A DNA stretch of 63,687 bases, the filler included, from Octopus bimaculoides (taxonomy: Eukaryota), in the NCBI RefSeq assembly GCF_001194135.2. It is 6 parts of 5 records of this genome, joined end to end, with 100 filler letters (N's around TTAATTAATTAA, not from the genome) between each part and the next. Parts side by side here need not be neighbours in the genome. Positions count along the whole stretch, not along the records: positions 22,345 to 53,421 come from NC_068982.1; positions 53,522 to 58,263 come from NC_069004.1; positions 58,364 to 62,371 come from NC_068982.1; positions 62,472 to 63,687 come from NW_026339109.1; 2 more parts are not named here. One strand, 5' to 3'. The translations under genes and the position numbers were made by a program. The notes under the pieces are model-generated. The model did not search any database and was not told the origin of the DNA. It worked only from the letters and a program-made list of their open reading frames with translations. Below are positions 49,931 through 62,520 of the stretch, piece by piece; positions within the stretch are counted from its first letter, which is position 1, and each line of letters begins with the position of its first letter.

Positions 49931-51150
49931 ATACTAGCAGAGACACCCAGCGTTGCTCGGGAATGAAATTGTTGCTTATATACTTGAAGAAAAAAAGGCA
50001 AAATATGCTGTATAGAAATTTGAGGACATTCTGTAGATGGACTCTCAGATGAATGATGGCTGGGCGCCTCTCATGAATGGGGAAAATTGAAGATGTGCCA
50101 AAAAGCCTCATTGGTACTTGGAAAATTTTACGAAAATTAGAATGGGGATTAAAGGGAAAAAATGATTTACGTGAATATCCTCACAAGAGTAATCGAAATA
50201 AATGGTGATTGTGGAACCCCCCACGAGCGCACACATACACGCGTGTGTCTTTGTAAATATGTTTGTATACATTTATGTATGTGTGTGTTTGTAAGAGACA
50301 GAGTGTGAGTGAGAGAGAGAGGTTTGTTGTCATGTATACGTACATGCATAAATATACATACATCTTTGGATGTATGCATATGACAACACAGCCCTTGACT
50401 CACTCACACTCCGTCTCTTACAAACACGCACGCGCGTGCATACACACGTGTCTTTGTAAATATGTTTGTATACATTTATGTATGTGTGTGTTTGTAAGAG
50501 ACAAAGTGTGGGTGAGTCAAGGGGTGTGTGTGTGCATGTGTATGTGTGTGAGACAGAGTGAGAGAGCGGTGTGTATGTAGTACTTACTCTCTCTCTCTCA
50601 TACACACGAACACACACACTCACACAAAATAGAGAGTGAAGCTTTTTGCCGTTGTTACGTCAATACTGGAGCACGCGCGTGCGCATACACACGTGTGTCT
50701 TTGTAAATATGTTTGTATACATTTATGTATGTGTGTGTGAGTGAGTCAAGGGGTGTGTGTGTGCATGTGTATGTGTGTGAGACAGTGAGAGAGCGGTGTG
50801 TATGTAGCATTTACTCTCTCTCTCTCTCTCTCTCATACACACGAACACACACACTCACACACAAAATAGAGAGTGAAGCTGTTGTTACGTCAATACCGGA
50901 AGGTGACATTGAGGAACCTTTCTAAAGAAGTGAATCTTAAATATAAAGCAATATTATTTATTTTTAATTAAAAAAATCAAATGAAGAGCCTAACATTTAT
51001 CCGAGGTCAAATTATTCATGCATCACAAGTATGGAAGCATTCGGTGAAGTCGATTTCACGTGAAAAGCGATTACACTTAAATATACTCAAATACCCAAAA
51101 TTTCAAGGAGTTCCTGCCTTAAAAACAGGAGCTAACCACAGTTATTTTGT
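49931..51150. mobile_element. Non-autonomous Helitron/Helentron-like element with internal about 240-bp tandem units
   Basis: Terminus TACTAGCAG..ACCCAGCGTTGCTCGGG, internal AC/GT-rich units repeated 2-3 times (50226, 50428, 50670), and a small hairpin TCCTG..CAGGA near the other end. Confidence 0.55.
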
Positions 51151-51161
51151 GNNNNNNNNNN

Positions 51162-51207
<46 letters not shown>

Positions 51208-51209
51208 AA

Positions 51210-51430
51210 GATTTACTTTTCGTAATGTTCTATATTATACACAGCCTTGGTCTTTTATCTCACTACGAAAAGTAAATCCTTATATTCACACACTGATATA
51301 TGACCTACGCTGGAGCCCTTGTTTGCATGACCACCGAACCTGGAGCTTAACTGTGGTCTATCCATAGCACTTACTCAGCATTACCTGAAACCCCTGGGTC
51401 TAATTGACACCACAAGTGCTCATAACCTAT
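51210..51430. repeat. About 220-bp direct repeat, copy 1
   Basis: Highly similar to 52479-52695. Confidence 0.92.
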
Positions 51431-51667
51431 ATATATGTATATATATGTGTGTGCATATATATGTGTGTGCATATATATGTGTGTGTGTATATATGTATAT
51501 ATGTTTGTATATATATATGTGTGTATATATGTATATAAATATGTATATATGTGTATATATATATCTGTGTACATATGTATGTGTGTGCATATATATATAT
51601 GTATATGTATATATATGTGTGTGTATATATCTATGTATGTATATATGTATATGTATATATGTGTAAG

Positions 51668-51704
<37 letters not shown>

Positions 51705-51725
51705 ATATATATATGTAGGTATATA

Positions 51726-51890
51726 GGCACAGGAGTGGCTGTGTGGTAAGTAGTTTGCTTACCAACCACATGGTTCTAGGTTCAGTCTTACTGCATGGCA
51801 CCTTGGACTAGTGTCTTCTACTATAGCCTCGGGCTGACCAAAGTGTTGTGAGTCGATTTGGTAGACAGAAAGTGAAAGAAGCCCATTTTA
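51726..51890 (+). mobile_element. tRNA-derived SINE family B
   Basis: A-box TGGCTGTGTGG, B-box GGTTCAGTC, body AGTGTCTTCTACTATAGCCTCGGG...GATTTGGTAGAC. Confidence 0.85.
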
Positions 51891-51927
51891 TATATGTATA
51901 AATACATATATATATGTATGTGTGTGT

Positions 51928-52228
51928 AGTGAAGTGATTAGAGCATTGACCTTACTATTGTGAAGTTGTGAGTTCGAATCCTGGACCAGCTGTGTGTTGT
52001 GTTCTTGAGCAAGACACTTAATTTCACGTTGCTCCAGTTCACTCAGCTGTAAAAATCAGCTGTATCGGCCTTTGCCTTTCCCTTGGATAACATGGGTAAC
52101 GTGGAGAGGGGAGGCCGGTATGAATGGGCGACTGCTGGTGTTCCATAAACAACTTTGCCTGGACTTGTGCTTTGGAGTGTAACTTTCTAGGTGCAGTCCC
52201 ATGTTCAGTCATGACCAAAGGGGGTCTC
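51928..52228 (+). mobile_element. tRNA-derived SINE family E
   Basis: B-box GAGTTCGAATCC, core GTTCTTGAGCAAGACACTT..CCAGTTCACTCAGCTGTAAAAAT; an inverted copy lies at 58380. Confidence 0.82.
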
Positions 52229-52249
52229 AAATTGTGTGGGCATATGTTT

Positions 52250-52430
52250 GTCCTCTCAACATAGCTTGACAACCGATGCTGGTGTGTTTATGTCCCCGTA
52301 ATTTAATGGTTTGGCAAAAGAGACCGATAAATAAGTACTAGGCATAGAAAGAATAAGTCCTGGGTTAGATTTGCTCAACTAAAGACGGTGCTCCAGCATG
52401 GCCACAGTCAGATGATTAAAACAAGTAAAA
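52250..52430. mobile_element. Repeat family H (opposite orientation)
   Basis: GGTGCTCCAGCATGGCCACAGTC...AAACAAGTAAAAG. Confidence 0.78.
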
Positions 52431-52478
52431 GTGTATATATGTGTATATATATGTATATATATATATGTGTGTGTATAA

Positions 52479-52695
52479 GGATTTACTGTGCGTATTCTAT
52501 ATTATACACTGCCTTGGTCTTTTATCATTATGAAAAGTAAATCTTTATATTCACACACTGATATATGACCTACATTGGACCCCTTATTCGCATAACCACT
52601 GAACCTGGAGCTTAACTGTAGCCTATCCATAGCACTTACTCAGCATTACCTGAAACCTCTGGGTCTAATTGACACCACAAGTGCTCATAACCTAT
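52479..52695. repeat. About 220-bp direct repeat, copy 2
   Basis: Highly similar to 51210-51430. Confidence 0.92.
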
Positions 52696-52704
52696 ATGTG
52701 TATA

Positions 52705-52761
<57 letters not shown>

Positions 52762-52764
52762 ATA

Positions 52765-53196
52765 ACCCGTGGCCTTTACCAGTGGTGTAGCCAGCCCACT
52801 TATGCGTACCTTTCCTTCTTTGGACACTAAACTCAACTTGCGAAGACCTGTTGGGGCAAGTGAGATCGAAGCTGAACCAAATTCAATGACTGGCACTCGT
52901 GCCTGTGGCATGCGGACAAAACATTGGACTGACTCCTGTGCAGGTGGCACGTAAGAAAACAGCATTAGAGTGTGGCCGTTGCCAGTACCGCTGGACTGGC
53001 CCTCGTGCCGGTGGCACGTAAAAGCACCCACTACACTCTCAGAGTGGTTGGCGTTAGGAAGGGCATCCAGCTGTAGAAACTCTACCAGATCAGATTGGAG
53101 TCTGGTGTAACCATCTGGTTCGCCAGTCCCCAGTCAAATCATCCAACCCATGCTAGTATGGAAAGCACACGTTAAATGATGATGATGATGATGATG
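52765..53196 (+). mobile_element. RTE-type 3' UTR repeat (family C), (GAT)n tail
   Basis: The 5' part matches the 3' UTR of the RTE at 31706-31830; the tail matches 37860-38034. Confidence 0.88.
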
Positions 53197-53327
53197 ATGT
53201 GTGCATATATATGTGTGCGTATATATGTGTGTATATATATGGATATATATATATATGTGTGTGTGTGTCTATATATATATGTGTGTGTTTATATATATAT
53301 ATGTACATATACATGTATATATATATG

Positions 53328-53358
<31 letters not shown>

Positions 53359-53363
53359 GTATG

Positions 53364-53415
<52 letters not shown>

Positions 53416-53465
53416 TATATANNNNNNNNNNNNNNNNNNNNNNNNNNNNNNNNNNNNNNNNNNNN

Positions 53466-53477
53466 TTAATTAATTAA
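53466..53477. other. Artificial six-frame-stop linker in gap
   Basis: TTAATTAATTAA between N runs. Confidence 0.95.
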
Positions 53478-53546
53478 NNNNNNNNNNNNNNNNNNNNNNN
53501 NNNNNNNNNNNNNNNNNNNNNATATATATATACATACATATATATG

Positions 53547-53592
<46 letters not shown>

Positions 53593-53622
53593 TATGTGTG
53601 TGCATATATATATATACATATA

Positions 53623-53655
<33 letters not shown>

Positions 53656-54330
53656 ACACACACACACACATGCATGCATACATATGTTGCCTGTTTTTTA
53701 GGTTTCAAATTTATTATCAACACCACAGGTATTATTAAACCAATTTCTTTTTGGACAATGAACCTGTAAAAGGCATGCCTCTCTCCCACGCTTTCTCCCC
53801 TCCCCCTCTCCCTCTAACCCTCTCATTCTTTCTCTTATATTCTCTCTCCCACTCTCTCTGATTCTCATTCTCCCATAAGTTTCTCCTCCTCCTCTCTCTC
53901 TTTCTGATTTTCCTCTCACCTGTATATATTCTGCTGCTTAGAATCTCCCTCCCTTTCCATTCCTCTTCTTCTTTTGTTATTTTTAGTTATTCCAGCAGGG
54001 AAAGGGTGGTTCTACTACATAATGAGGAGGAACCAACCGGAAGTTATTTCTGGGCAGTTGTTTTATTTTTGTATCACACACTGGAGTGAATGAACATCAA
54101 TGCTGTTTGGTTATGGGTTTCAAATAACAGATTATTCACTAATTCACCATGTTTAATGTTGATGAGAGTGTTAAGGGATTGTCTGGGTAATTTGGGTGAA
54201 ACAAACACCACAAAGTGAATTTGTCTGATGCACCAGTTTATCAGCTTCTTCTTTTTCTCTCTCTCTCACCAACGCTCACACTCACACATCCACTCACACA
54301 CAGGTGAGTGGAGAGAGTGAAACTTACCCA

Positions 54331-54464
54331 GACTGCAACATGGCAGGACATACAACCGACGATTGCATACCAGAGTGTACAGTGTGGGTCCTCAACAGAC
54401 CAAACTGGACAATGGAGAGACTGTGACCTACAACCAGACCGAGCTATATCTCTGTGGAACACAC
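54331..54464 (+). pseudogene. Semaphorin (sema-domain)-like exon relic
   Basis: DCNMAGHTTDDC (CxMxGxxxDxC), a frameshift at about 54366, then HTRVYSV...YNQTELYLCGTH (cf. YNQTHLYACGT). It runs into (AC)n and a SINE. Confidence 0.55.
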
Positions 54465-54492
54465 ACACACACACACACACACGTATATAACT

Positions 54493-54680
54493 GCACAAGG
54501 CCAGAAAATTTGGTGAGGGTGGGTAAGTTAATTAAATTGACCCCAAAGTTCAACTGGTACTTATTTTAATCAACCCTGAAAGGATGAAAGGCAGAGTCAA
54601 CTTTGGCAGAATTTGAACTCAGAACGTAAAGACAAATGAAATGCCTGGCATGCTAACCATTCTGTCAACTCAGCTGCCTC
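54493..54680 (-). mobile_element. SINE family A
   Basis: GCACAAGGCCAGAAAATTTGG...CCCTGAAAGGATGAAAGGCAGAGTCAACTTTGGCAGAATTTGAACTCAGAACG. Confidence 0.85.
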
Positions 54681-55354
54681 ACGACACCAACACTAATTAA
54701 TATGAACCATAATTATGGAAACATCAACAATAATAAGGATGAGGTTAATAATAATTATTATAATAATAAAAATAATCATGGCCAATCATAATTATCAAAA
54801 AATAAACGGAAAAATTATTTTCAAAAATGTTGCCATCATTTTTGCTCTCTTTTTTTCTTTCTTTTCCCCCCTCATTCCTTCTTTCTTCTTCTCTTTCCTT
54901 TCTTTCTTTCCTACCTGCGGCTTTCTTCTTTCTCTCCTTGTTTCTTTCCTTTCTTCCTTCTTTCCCACCTTCCTTCTTGCTTTCTTTTCCTTCATCAGAA
55001 ATTATTTCTATTTTTATTTCAGTTTTGTTTTTATTTTGATTTTAATTTATTTCCTTTCATTTTCGTCTTTATTTCTCTTTTTTTTTAAAATATATTCTTA
55101 AAAATTCATTCCAAGTGAAACCACTTTCATAAGTTGATGGAAAGGTTTTCTTAAAATAGCAACTTGGCTTTTCGTTATTGATTGCTGAGCCATTAAAGGA
55201 TGCCAATTACAATATCTTAATCTTCTACGTTAAAATTAACAACGGAAAATGAGAGAAAAAAACTGGAACAATAAATAAATATACATATATACATATAAGT
55301 ACACATATATACACATATATACACACGTGTGTGTATATATCTATATTTGTATGC

Positions 55355-55393
<39 letters not shown>

Positions 55394-56056
55394 AAAATAT
55401 GTGCATATACATGTGTTTATATATATAATGTATATTTATACACACACAGAGACATACATACACACATATATAATATATATATATATGAAAAAAGGAAGTA
55501 TGTGAGAAGATTGACAATGGCAACAATGCCTCCACTACCATTGCCTCTGATGGTGGTGGTGGTGGTCATGATGATGATGATGATGATGGTCATAGGGAGG
55601 AGGAGAGGGGTGCAGAGAGAGGGAGGAAATAAAAATCAGATGGTGAAAATTCAAGAGAGAAAGCAAAGGACTATTTATGGAAGTTAATTTTTGGCTTGAA
55701 TACTCACGGAAAAATAACACGATAAATTAGTTTTACAACATGATAAATTAGTTTTTACAACATGAACAATTCAAAAGCAACAACAACAACAACAACAACA
55801 ACAGTAATAATAATAATAATAATAAGTGAAGGCACAAATGACAGATGAGGAAAATATGTTTGTATGTATGTGTGAATGTGTGTGTGTTTGAGTGTGCAAA
55901 TACATATATAATGTGTGTGTGTGTGTGTATAAATATGGATATATGTAAATCTCTTGTATGTTTATCAATACACATGTATACAGCTATCTGTAATACAAAG
56001 TTATTGATTTCTTTGAAAATAATATATATGGTGTTTGTTTGTGTATAAATATACAA

Positions 56057-56124
<68 letters not shown>

Positions 56125-56149
56125 ATGTATGTATATGTATGTATACATA

Positions 56150-56365
56150 TATGTGCAGTGCCACATAAAAGTACTTGTGTAGTGCCACCTAAAAGCACCC
56201 AACGCACTCTGTAATGTGGTTGGCCTTAGGAAGGGCATCCAGCCATAGAAACCACACCAAATCAGACTGGACCTGGTGAAACTTCCCAGGTTGTCAGCTC
56301 TGGTCAATCCGTCCAACCCATGTCAGCATGGACAATGGACATTAAATGGTGATGATAATGATAGG
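56150..56365 (+). mobile_element. RTE-type tail repeat (family C) fragment
   Basis: GTGGTTGGCCTTAGGAAGGGCATCCAGCCATAGAAACC...CCAACCCATGTCAGCATGG. Confidence 0.82.
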
Positions 56366-56446
56366 TAGATAGATAGAAAGGTAGATAGATAGATAGAAAG
56401 GTATGTAGATAGATAGATAGATAGATGGACAGACAGATAGATAGAT
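56363..56446. repeat. (GATA)n-type tetranucleotide repeat
   Basis: Degenerate GATA/GGTA run. Confidence 0.9.
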
Positions 56447-57357
56447 ATTTTATATTTTTTGTTAACTTGCTTTTGTGTAAAGTGATCTTTACAGGAAGAA
56501 GGTAATATAGAATGTAATGGTCAGATATAGGGGACAGGTGATGGGGAGGGAAAGAAAGCAATGGAACCCACCTGAAGACGGCAGGGGAGGTAGGGGCTGA
56601 AGACATGGCCACTGTTGAAGCAATGAATGGAGTCTACTCTTGTTGTTCTGGTGACTAACAGAATTTAATGTTTCTTTGAAAATGGCCAGCATGTTTCAAC
56701 TTGCACCTCTTCAAAGAAAACTAAATCTCTTCCTGTATAGCTGCTTATCAGCATCCATAGCAGATCTTTGAGTGATGCAACCCTTGTCAATGGTGCTTGG
56801 TATCAACTGCTAATCTTTTCCAGTATTGTCTTTTGCCCTAAACTTTCCCATCTCATGTGCACTCAATCTAGGATCAACTGAATGTCACTTGTCACAATGT
56901 TTAACCACCCTCTAAAAATATCAGCTTTCTTGCCCTTTCTTCGGCTTCTGCCCTAATGTTGTTCCCCCTTCCATCAATTCCAGTAGTTTTGAAGTCAATC
57001 CAAGACTTTTCTGATAACCTATGGCTTATGACCTTTTCCACCACCATTTCGTCCACCAAAATATGTGTGTAAAATGTCTGTACATCAAAAATCCGTCCAG
57101 ATTTCTACCAAAATATCTGTACAAATTAGCTCTTTTCATTCTGTTCACATTTCTCGACATTATCTTGAGGACTGTCACTGGGATATTCTGCAGTGTTCAG
57201 TCCAAAGTTCAGCCTTAGTGAAACAGTATGTCTTGCCCTTATTTTTCATCAGATGGTTTTTCCCACAACTTTTCAACCACACAAAGCTTATAGACAGATT
57301 GATTTCTAATCAACAACCCTAGAAGTTCTCATTATTTCTCTCCACTCTAGCAAGGTA

Positions 57358-57411
<54 letters not shown>

Positions 57412-57783
57412 CTCACTACCTGTATGACACTGCATTCAACTGGTTCAACTCCTGAAAAAGCCAGATGGAAAGAGCCAGTTTCTGAAATACAAAGGAAATA
57501 TATGAGATTTTGCTTCATAACAAGTTTTCTGTTTTGAGATCTCTCATTGGGTGGTGTAAGAGAAGAGACAGCATCCCTATGTGACTAATATATAACTAAT
57601 GTACCAAAACAATGGACACTCTTTTATTACAAATGGATGAAAGTGCTTCATGAAGTAAGAACGAACTCAAAGTGTTTCGACATGGAATTAATTCCCTTGG
57701 GTAATGTGTGTGTGTGTGTGTGTGTAAAATACTTTTTACTGAAAGAAGTTATCTGTTTGAGACAAAAAATGTTTGTGTGACAG

Positions 57784-57822
57784 GACTGTCTTCCGTGACT
57801 GTCTTCCGTGACTGTCTTCCGT
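57784..57822. repeat. 13-bp tandem repeat, 3 copies
   Basis: (GACTGTCTTCCGT)3. Confidence 0.95.
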
Positions 57823-58307
57823 GTAACATAAATATATATGTAACAATATATGTCTCGTGTGTAAGATGAATGAAGTTGTGTAAGAGAGATGTGTTTGGGT
57901 GGCAGAGTACATCTGTTTGTTGCAAAAATACATCGTTATCATCATCATCCGTGTGTAATAAAAATAATGTTTTGTGTGTATCAAAATCAAAAATTATTTC
58001 ATTAATTTTGAAGAGAATGAAGTGTGTGTGTGGGGGGGGGGTATTTTTGTTTTTCTCCCCCCCCCCCTCTTTTGCTATCTATTTTCCTCCATCACATCTT
58101 ATATCGTTATTTTTCATTGTTTGTTCCGAAGTAGAAAATGCCATTTTGTCTAACACCACCACCACCACTACCACCTCCACCACTAACAACAACAACAACA
58201 CTAACAATAACAGACATTAAGGAAACAAAAGATTATTGAGAGAGTCAAGAATTGGATGGTGGTNNNNNNNNNNNNNNNNNNNNNNNNNNNNNNNNNNNNN
58301 NNNNNNN

Positions 58308-58319
58308 TTAATTAATTAA
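58308..58319. other. Artificial six-frame-stop linker in gap
   Basis: TTAATTAATTAA between N runs. Confidence 0.95.
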
Positions 58320-58379
58320 NNNNNNNNNNNNNNNNNNNNNNNNNNNNNNNNNNNNNNNNNNNNGTGCGTGCGTGCGTGC

Positions 58380-58575
58380 GTGTTGTGTAAGGGAAAGGCA
58401 AATGCCGATATCGCTTGGCACCAGTAACGTCGTCGCAAATTATCTCTGCAACTGAGTGAACTGGGGCAACGTGAAATAAAGTGTCTTGCTCAAGAACACA
58501 ACACATACAGACAGATCCGGAGATCGAACTCAAAACCTCACAATTGTAAGCTCAGCGCTCTAATCATTGAGCCAT
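58380..58575 (-). mobile_element. SINE family E
   Basis: Reverse complement of the 51928 family. Confidence 0.8.
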
Positions 58576-58584
58576 GTATACGTA

Positions 58585-58760
58585 TATACGACATGCTTTC
58601 ACACAGTTTCCGTCTACCAACTTCACTCATTAGGCATTGATCGGTTTAGGGGCTATAGTAGAAAACAATTTCCCAAGGTGCAATGTTGGGGGACGGAACT
58701 GAACCCAAGACCACGTTGCTGGAAGGCGAGTTTCTTAACCCCACAACCATGCATGCGCCT
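58585..58760 (-). mobile_element. SINE family B
   Basis: CACACAGTTTCCGTCTACCAA...GGCTATAGTAGAAAAC...GAACTGAACCC. Confidence 0.8.
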
Positions 58761-59959
58761 AAAATAGTGTCTTACTTTGAACGAACGTATTTTTATTTAT
58801 TTATTTATTTATTTATTTACTTGCAGCCATTGTCCTCGAGGTGTTGAACCACATCTGCCTCACCTGTAGGTTGGGGTGAGATGGGGCAGTCGAGCATTTA
58901 AAGATCCTTGGTCACTGTCTCTTCCTNNNNNNNNNNATGAAGAATGAGAGAAGAATGTGCGAAGGAATAAATACGTTAGGAATGAAGAAGAGAGAGAGAA
59001 AGAGAGGGAGAGGATGAAAGAGAGGGTGAGAGAGAGGGAGGGAGAGAGAGAGAAAAAGAGATGGTTAATTGCATATGTGTGCGGCATGTCTTTCAACAAA
59101 GATAACGGAAGTGGGGTGGGGTTGTGTACTTGTAAACAGAAAAATATTTGCCAAATCAGAAAAAAAAAAAAAAGAAATCCACTAATATCTCAGCAACAAA
59201 GAAATAACAGCTTTATCATCATCAACAAGGACAGCAGCAAACAGCAACAAAAGCAACAGGAACAACAACAATTAGTACTACTACTACTACTACTACTAAC
59301 TGCATCAGCAAAACACAGCAAGGGCACCACAATCACAACCACGCACACTCAAACACACTCACATACACACACACATGTACACACTTGTACATGCACACGA
59401 ACGCACGTACAGTTTCCAAATGATCGCAACTGCAGCATACTGATCAAAAACGTGTGCCACCATTCCTGGATTTTATGCAATGAACAGGTTCCGTTGACCA
59501 GAAAAAGCCGTCTGTTGCTTTGTAGCCCCGAGACCATAAAAAATCTCGCTACGCTCACTTTGCTGATATGCAGATTACGGCACCTTCTCTGGTTCTTCGA
59601 AAGAAAATTCCATGTAGAGTTCTTTCATAAAAGAAGGATTTTCCTCAGGATATTTCTTTCAGTATGTCTAGTTGTAATAGTTTGCACTGATACGGTGAAT
59701 GTAATTTTTGTTTCTTGTAAGGCCGGGGTTATTTTATTTACAGTTTTTTTTTTAGGGTTTTACAATATTTTTAGGGTTTTAGGTATTTTTAAGCGAAAAA
59801 GATGCAAGGGCATGTTATTAAGTGTATGGGAGGAGGGATTTTTAGCACACTAAAACTTATGGAAGGCCCAACTTCGCATATAAAATTCAGGGTGATCTTT
59901 CGATATATGTTTTTGAAAAAAAGTGTGCGTCTTATATACCGTAAAAGCTGTTAGCTTCT

Positions 59960-60110
59960 TTCAGTCTTTGGACCATGCTGGAGCACCACAATGTTGAGTT
60001 AGTCGAACAAATCTTCGCCAGAACTTGGTACTTATTCCATCATCTCTTTTGCTGACCCGCTAATTTGCGGGGATATAAACAAACCACCTTCGAGAAAGCG
60101 AATCACAAAG
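59960..60110. mobile_element. Repeat family H, diverged
   Basis: TTTCAGTCTTTGGACCATGCTGGAGCACC...CTTATTCCATC..CTTTTGCTGACCCGCTAA. Confidence 0.65.
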
Positions 60111-60127
60111 ACGCGCGCGCACGCACG

Positions 60128-60199
<72 letters not shown>

Positions 60200-60204
<5 letters not shown>

Positions 60205-60310
60205 GGCTTTGCCCAATCCAGAGTTATAGCAGAAACACTTGCCCAAAGTGCTGCACGCAGTGGGAATGAAGCTGAAACCACGTGATTGCGAAACGAACTT
60301 GTTAACCATA
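60200..60310 (-). mobile_element. SINE family B fragment
   Basis: GTTATAGCAGAAACACTTGCCCAAAGTGCTGCACGCAGTGGGAATGAA. Confidence 0.7.
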
Positions 60311-60419
60311 CAGTTGTTTAAAATGCTGACTTATATACCATCGTGTGTCTGCATTTACTGCAGTTTTAGCTTTAAATTTAAATAATTCTGTAATTATTTT
60401 CTTTTTAAAGGAATTGTAA

Positions 60420-60545
60420 CTTCAACTGGATTGTATAGGTGTGAATCGTAGATGTTTAATGCTGAAAGTAAGAAGAAGATTATGGCTTTTGAAATGTAAT
60501 GTTACAGAAAGATACTTCTCATTCCATATATAGAGAGCATGGAAA
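60420..60545 (+). mobile_element. RTE LINE short RT-thumb fragment
   Basis: LYRCES*MFNAESKKKIMAFEM*CYRKIL (cf. LYGCESWT...AFEMxCYRxIL). Confidence 0.7.
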
Positions 60546-60831
60546 ATTTTGTATTTAGTTTGTAAGATTCTTGGTGTGAATTCGTGTCTTGTGTTTTGGA
60601 AGGGTCATTATGTTAATAGAAATTAAAATAAACACACACCCTGATTCAATGCCACTTCCTTATTTTACCAACTAAGTATCCAATCGTTTGTTTAATGGGT
60701 TGCTTGAACAATCAATCGTTTGTTAGTTTTCTCGGTCAGAATCCTTTCGTCGCTATTCGTGACCTCATCAATGACATGCCCTTACATTTCAAGATCTGCT
60801 TTGAGTCTGCCTAAGCACTAGTTTTGTGCCT

Positions 60832-60870
<39 letters not shown>

Positions 60871-62262
60871 CTTGTGCGTGTATGTATATATGTATGTATG
60901 TACGTACGTGCGTATGTGTGTGTAGATGTGCGAGCGCTTACTTATGTGCGCACGTTCTATTGTGTGTGTGTATGTGTGCGTGCTTATGTGTATGTGGATA
61001 GTATCGTCGGTTGTTTTTGAACAGGTTAGCATCTGTGTGTATGTTTGTGTGTGTGCACGTGTGTCTTCGTGTATACATGTGTATGTACATACATGCACAA
61101 ACACACACAGGCATAAGACATGTCCTCGGACAGACTCAAAGCAGACCTTGAAGAGTGAGTGCATGTCATTGATGAGGTTGCAAACAGCAACGAAAGGACC
61201 CCGACAGAGAAAAACTAACAAGCAATTGATTGTTCAATCAACACATTAAACAAACGATTGGATATTTAGCTGTTAAAAATAAAGAAGTGGTATTGAATCA
61301 ATGCGTGTGTTTATTTCAATTTTTATTGTTATACTAACCAACACTAGACACAACAAGGACGTGGAGAATGTTAGGAAAGAAATTGTTTGGAAGATGTTAA
61401 AAGTGTGGAAAACGGGGTGATTTGGTTATGTGACATCTTATATCTAGATGAATGGACAGTCTATGTTGAAAAGCTAAGAATTTTTCGGTTCGAAATATTT
61501 CTTCCGAAGTTCTATAGATATTATGTGTCCTGCCGATTACAAAAATCACAAGTATATAAAAAAAAAAAAGAAAAAAATTTGAATCTTTAAAGACAGCATT
61601 TTTTTTAAATGTAATTTTAGCCAATCAGATCCATCCTCTCTTGACACACCGTCGTGACCTTATGAAAAGAGCCATTTTGATATTATTTTTTGATTTTGGA
61701 AATATGACATTTTATTTCCCTTTTTGATGAATGGTTTATAGTCTAAACACAAGTCCCCTTACAATGGTGAATCGAGTATGTGAATCGAGACGTTATGTAA
61801 AGGGAGGAAGTATTCTCTGATGTCGAAAAATAACAGCGATCAAATATTCGTGTTGAAATCTACCAGAACGTATTAAGAATGAATAAATAGATATGTTATT
61901 GAAGAAATGTGTTAAACCAGAAAAGATCCAAAAATAGGAAATAGTTGAGAAACATGGAGCCCTCCCTCCCTTTGTGGTTGGACAGGGAAGAAGATGATAG
62001 AAAACTGGAGGCTGGTTAATGACGAGGAAAGGTGGAGGGCGAAAGTTTTGCTTCTTGGTCTCCCTAGACCTTGTTCGGTTATAGAATTTGATTGATTAAG
62101 TAGTTCACCATTTAATCCAATTTCTTTGGAGAAATTTAATTACTGTAATGATAATTAATTTGCTAATATATTGCACGATCAGAATGAACAAAGTTAATGA
62201 ATAGACATTTTTGAGTTGAAACGGTAATTGGCTAATAACTGACTTTTAAACTGCCCTTGGGC

Positions 62263-62371
<109 letters not shown>

Positions 62372-62415
62372 NNNNNNNNNNNNNNNNNNNNNNNNNNNNN
62401 NNNNNNNNNNNNNNN

Positions 62416-62427
62416 TTAATTAATTAA
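62416..62427. other. Artificial six-frame-stop linker in gap
   Basis: TTAATTAATTAA between N runs. Confidence 0.95.
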
Positions 62428-62520
62428 NNNNNNNNNNNNNNNNNNNNNNNNNNNNNNNNNNNNNNNNNNNNCGCTGACCACTACACACATTTTCTTCCCT
62501 CCTTGTTTCTTTCTGTGTTC

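Noticed and set aside
9576-53789. Long ORFs containing X runs or poly-I/Y/H/T/C/V stretches
   Set aside because: They are produced by N gaps and dinucleotide or trinucleotide microsatellites and carry no coding signal.
54328-54451. Minus-strand exon with good splice signals (TTCCACAG / GG|GTAAGT)
   Set aside because: The only open frame is rich in W/C/H with no recognisable family, whereas the plus strand matches two semaphorin motifs. It is not fully excluded.
56572-57320. CTGAAGA motif and a minus-strand FDVQTFYTHI (Penelope RT-like) segment
   Set aside because: The hammerhead stems are incomplete and no second RT motif follows. Left unassigned.
59750-59785. Two TTAGGGTTT telo-box or telomere-like words
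   Set aside because: Only two separated copies in T-rich sequence, compatible with chance.
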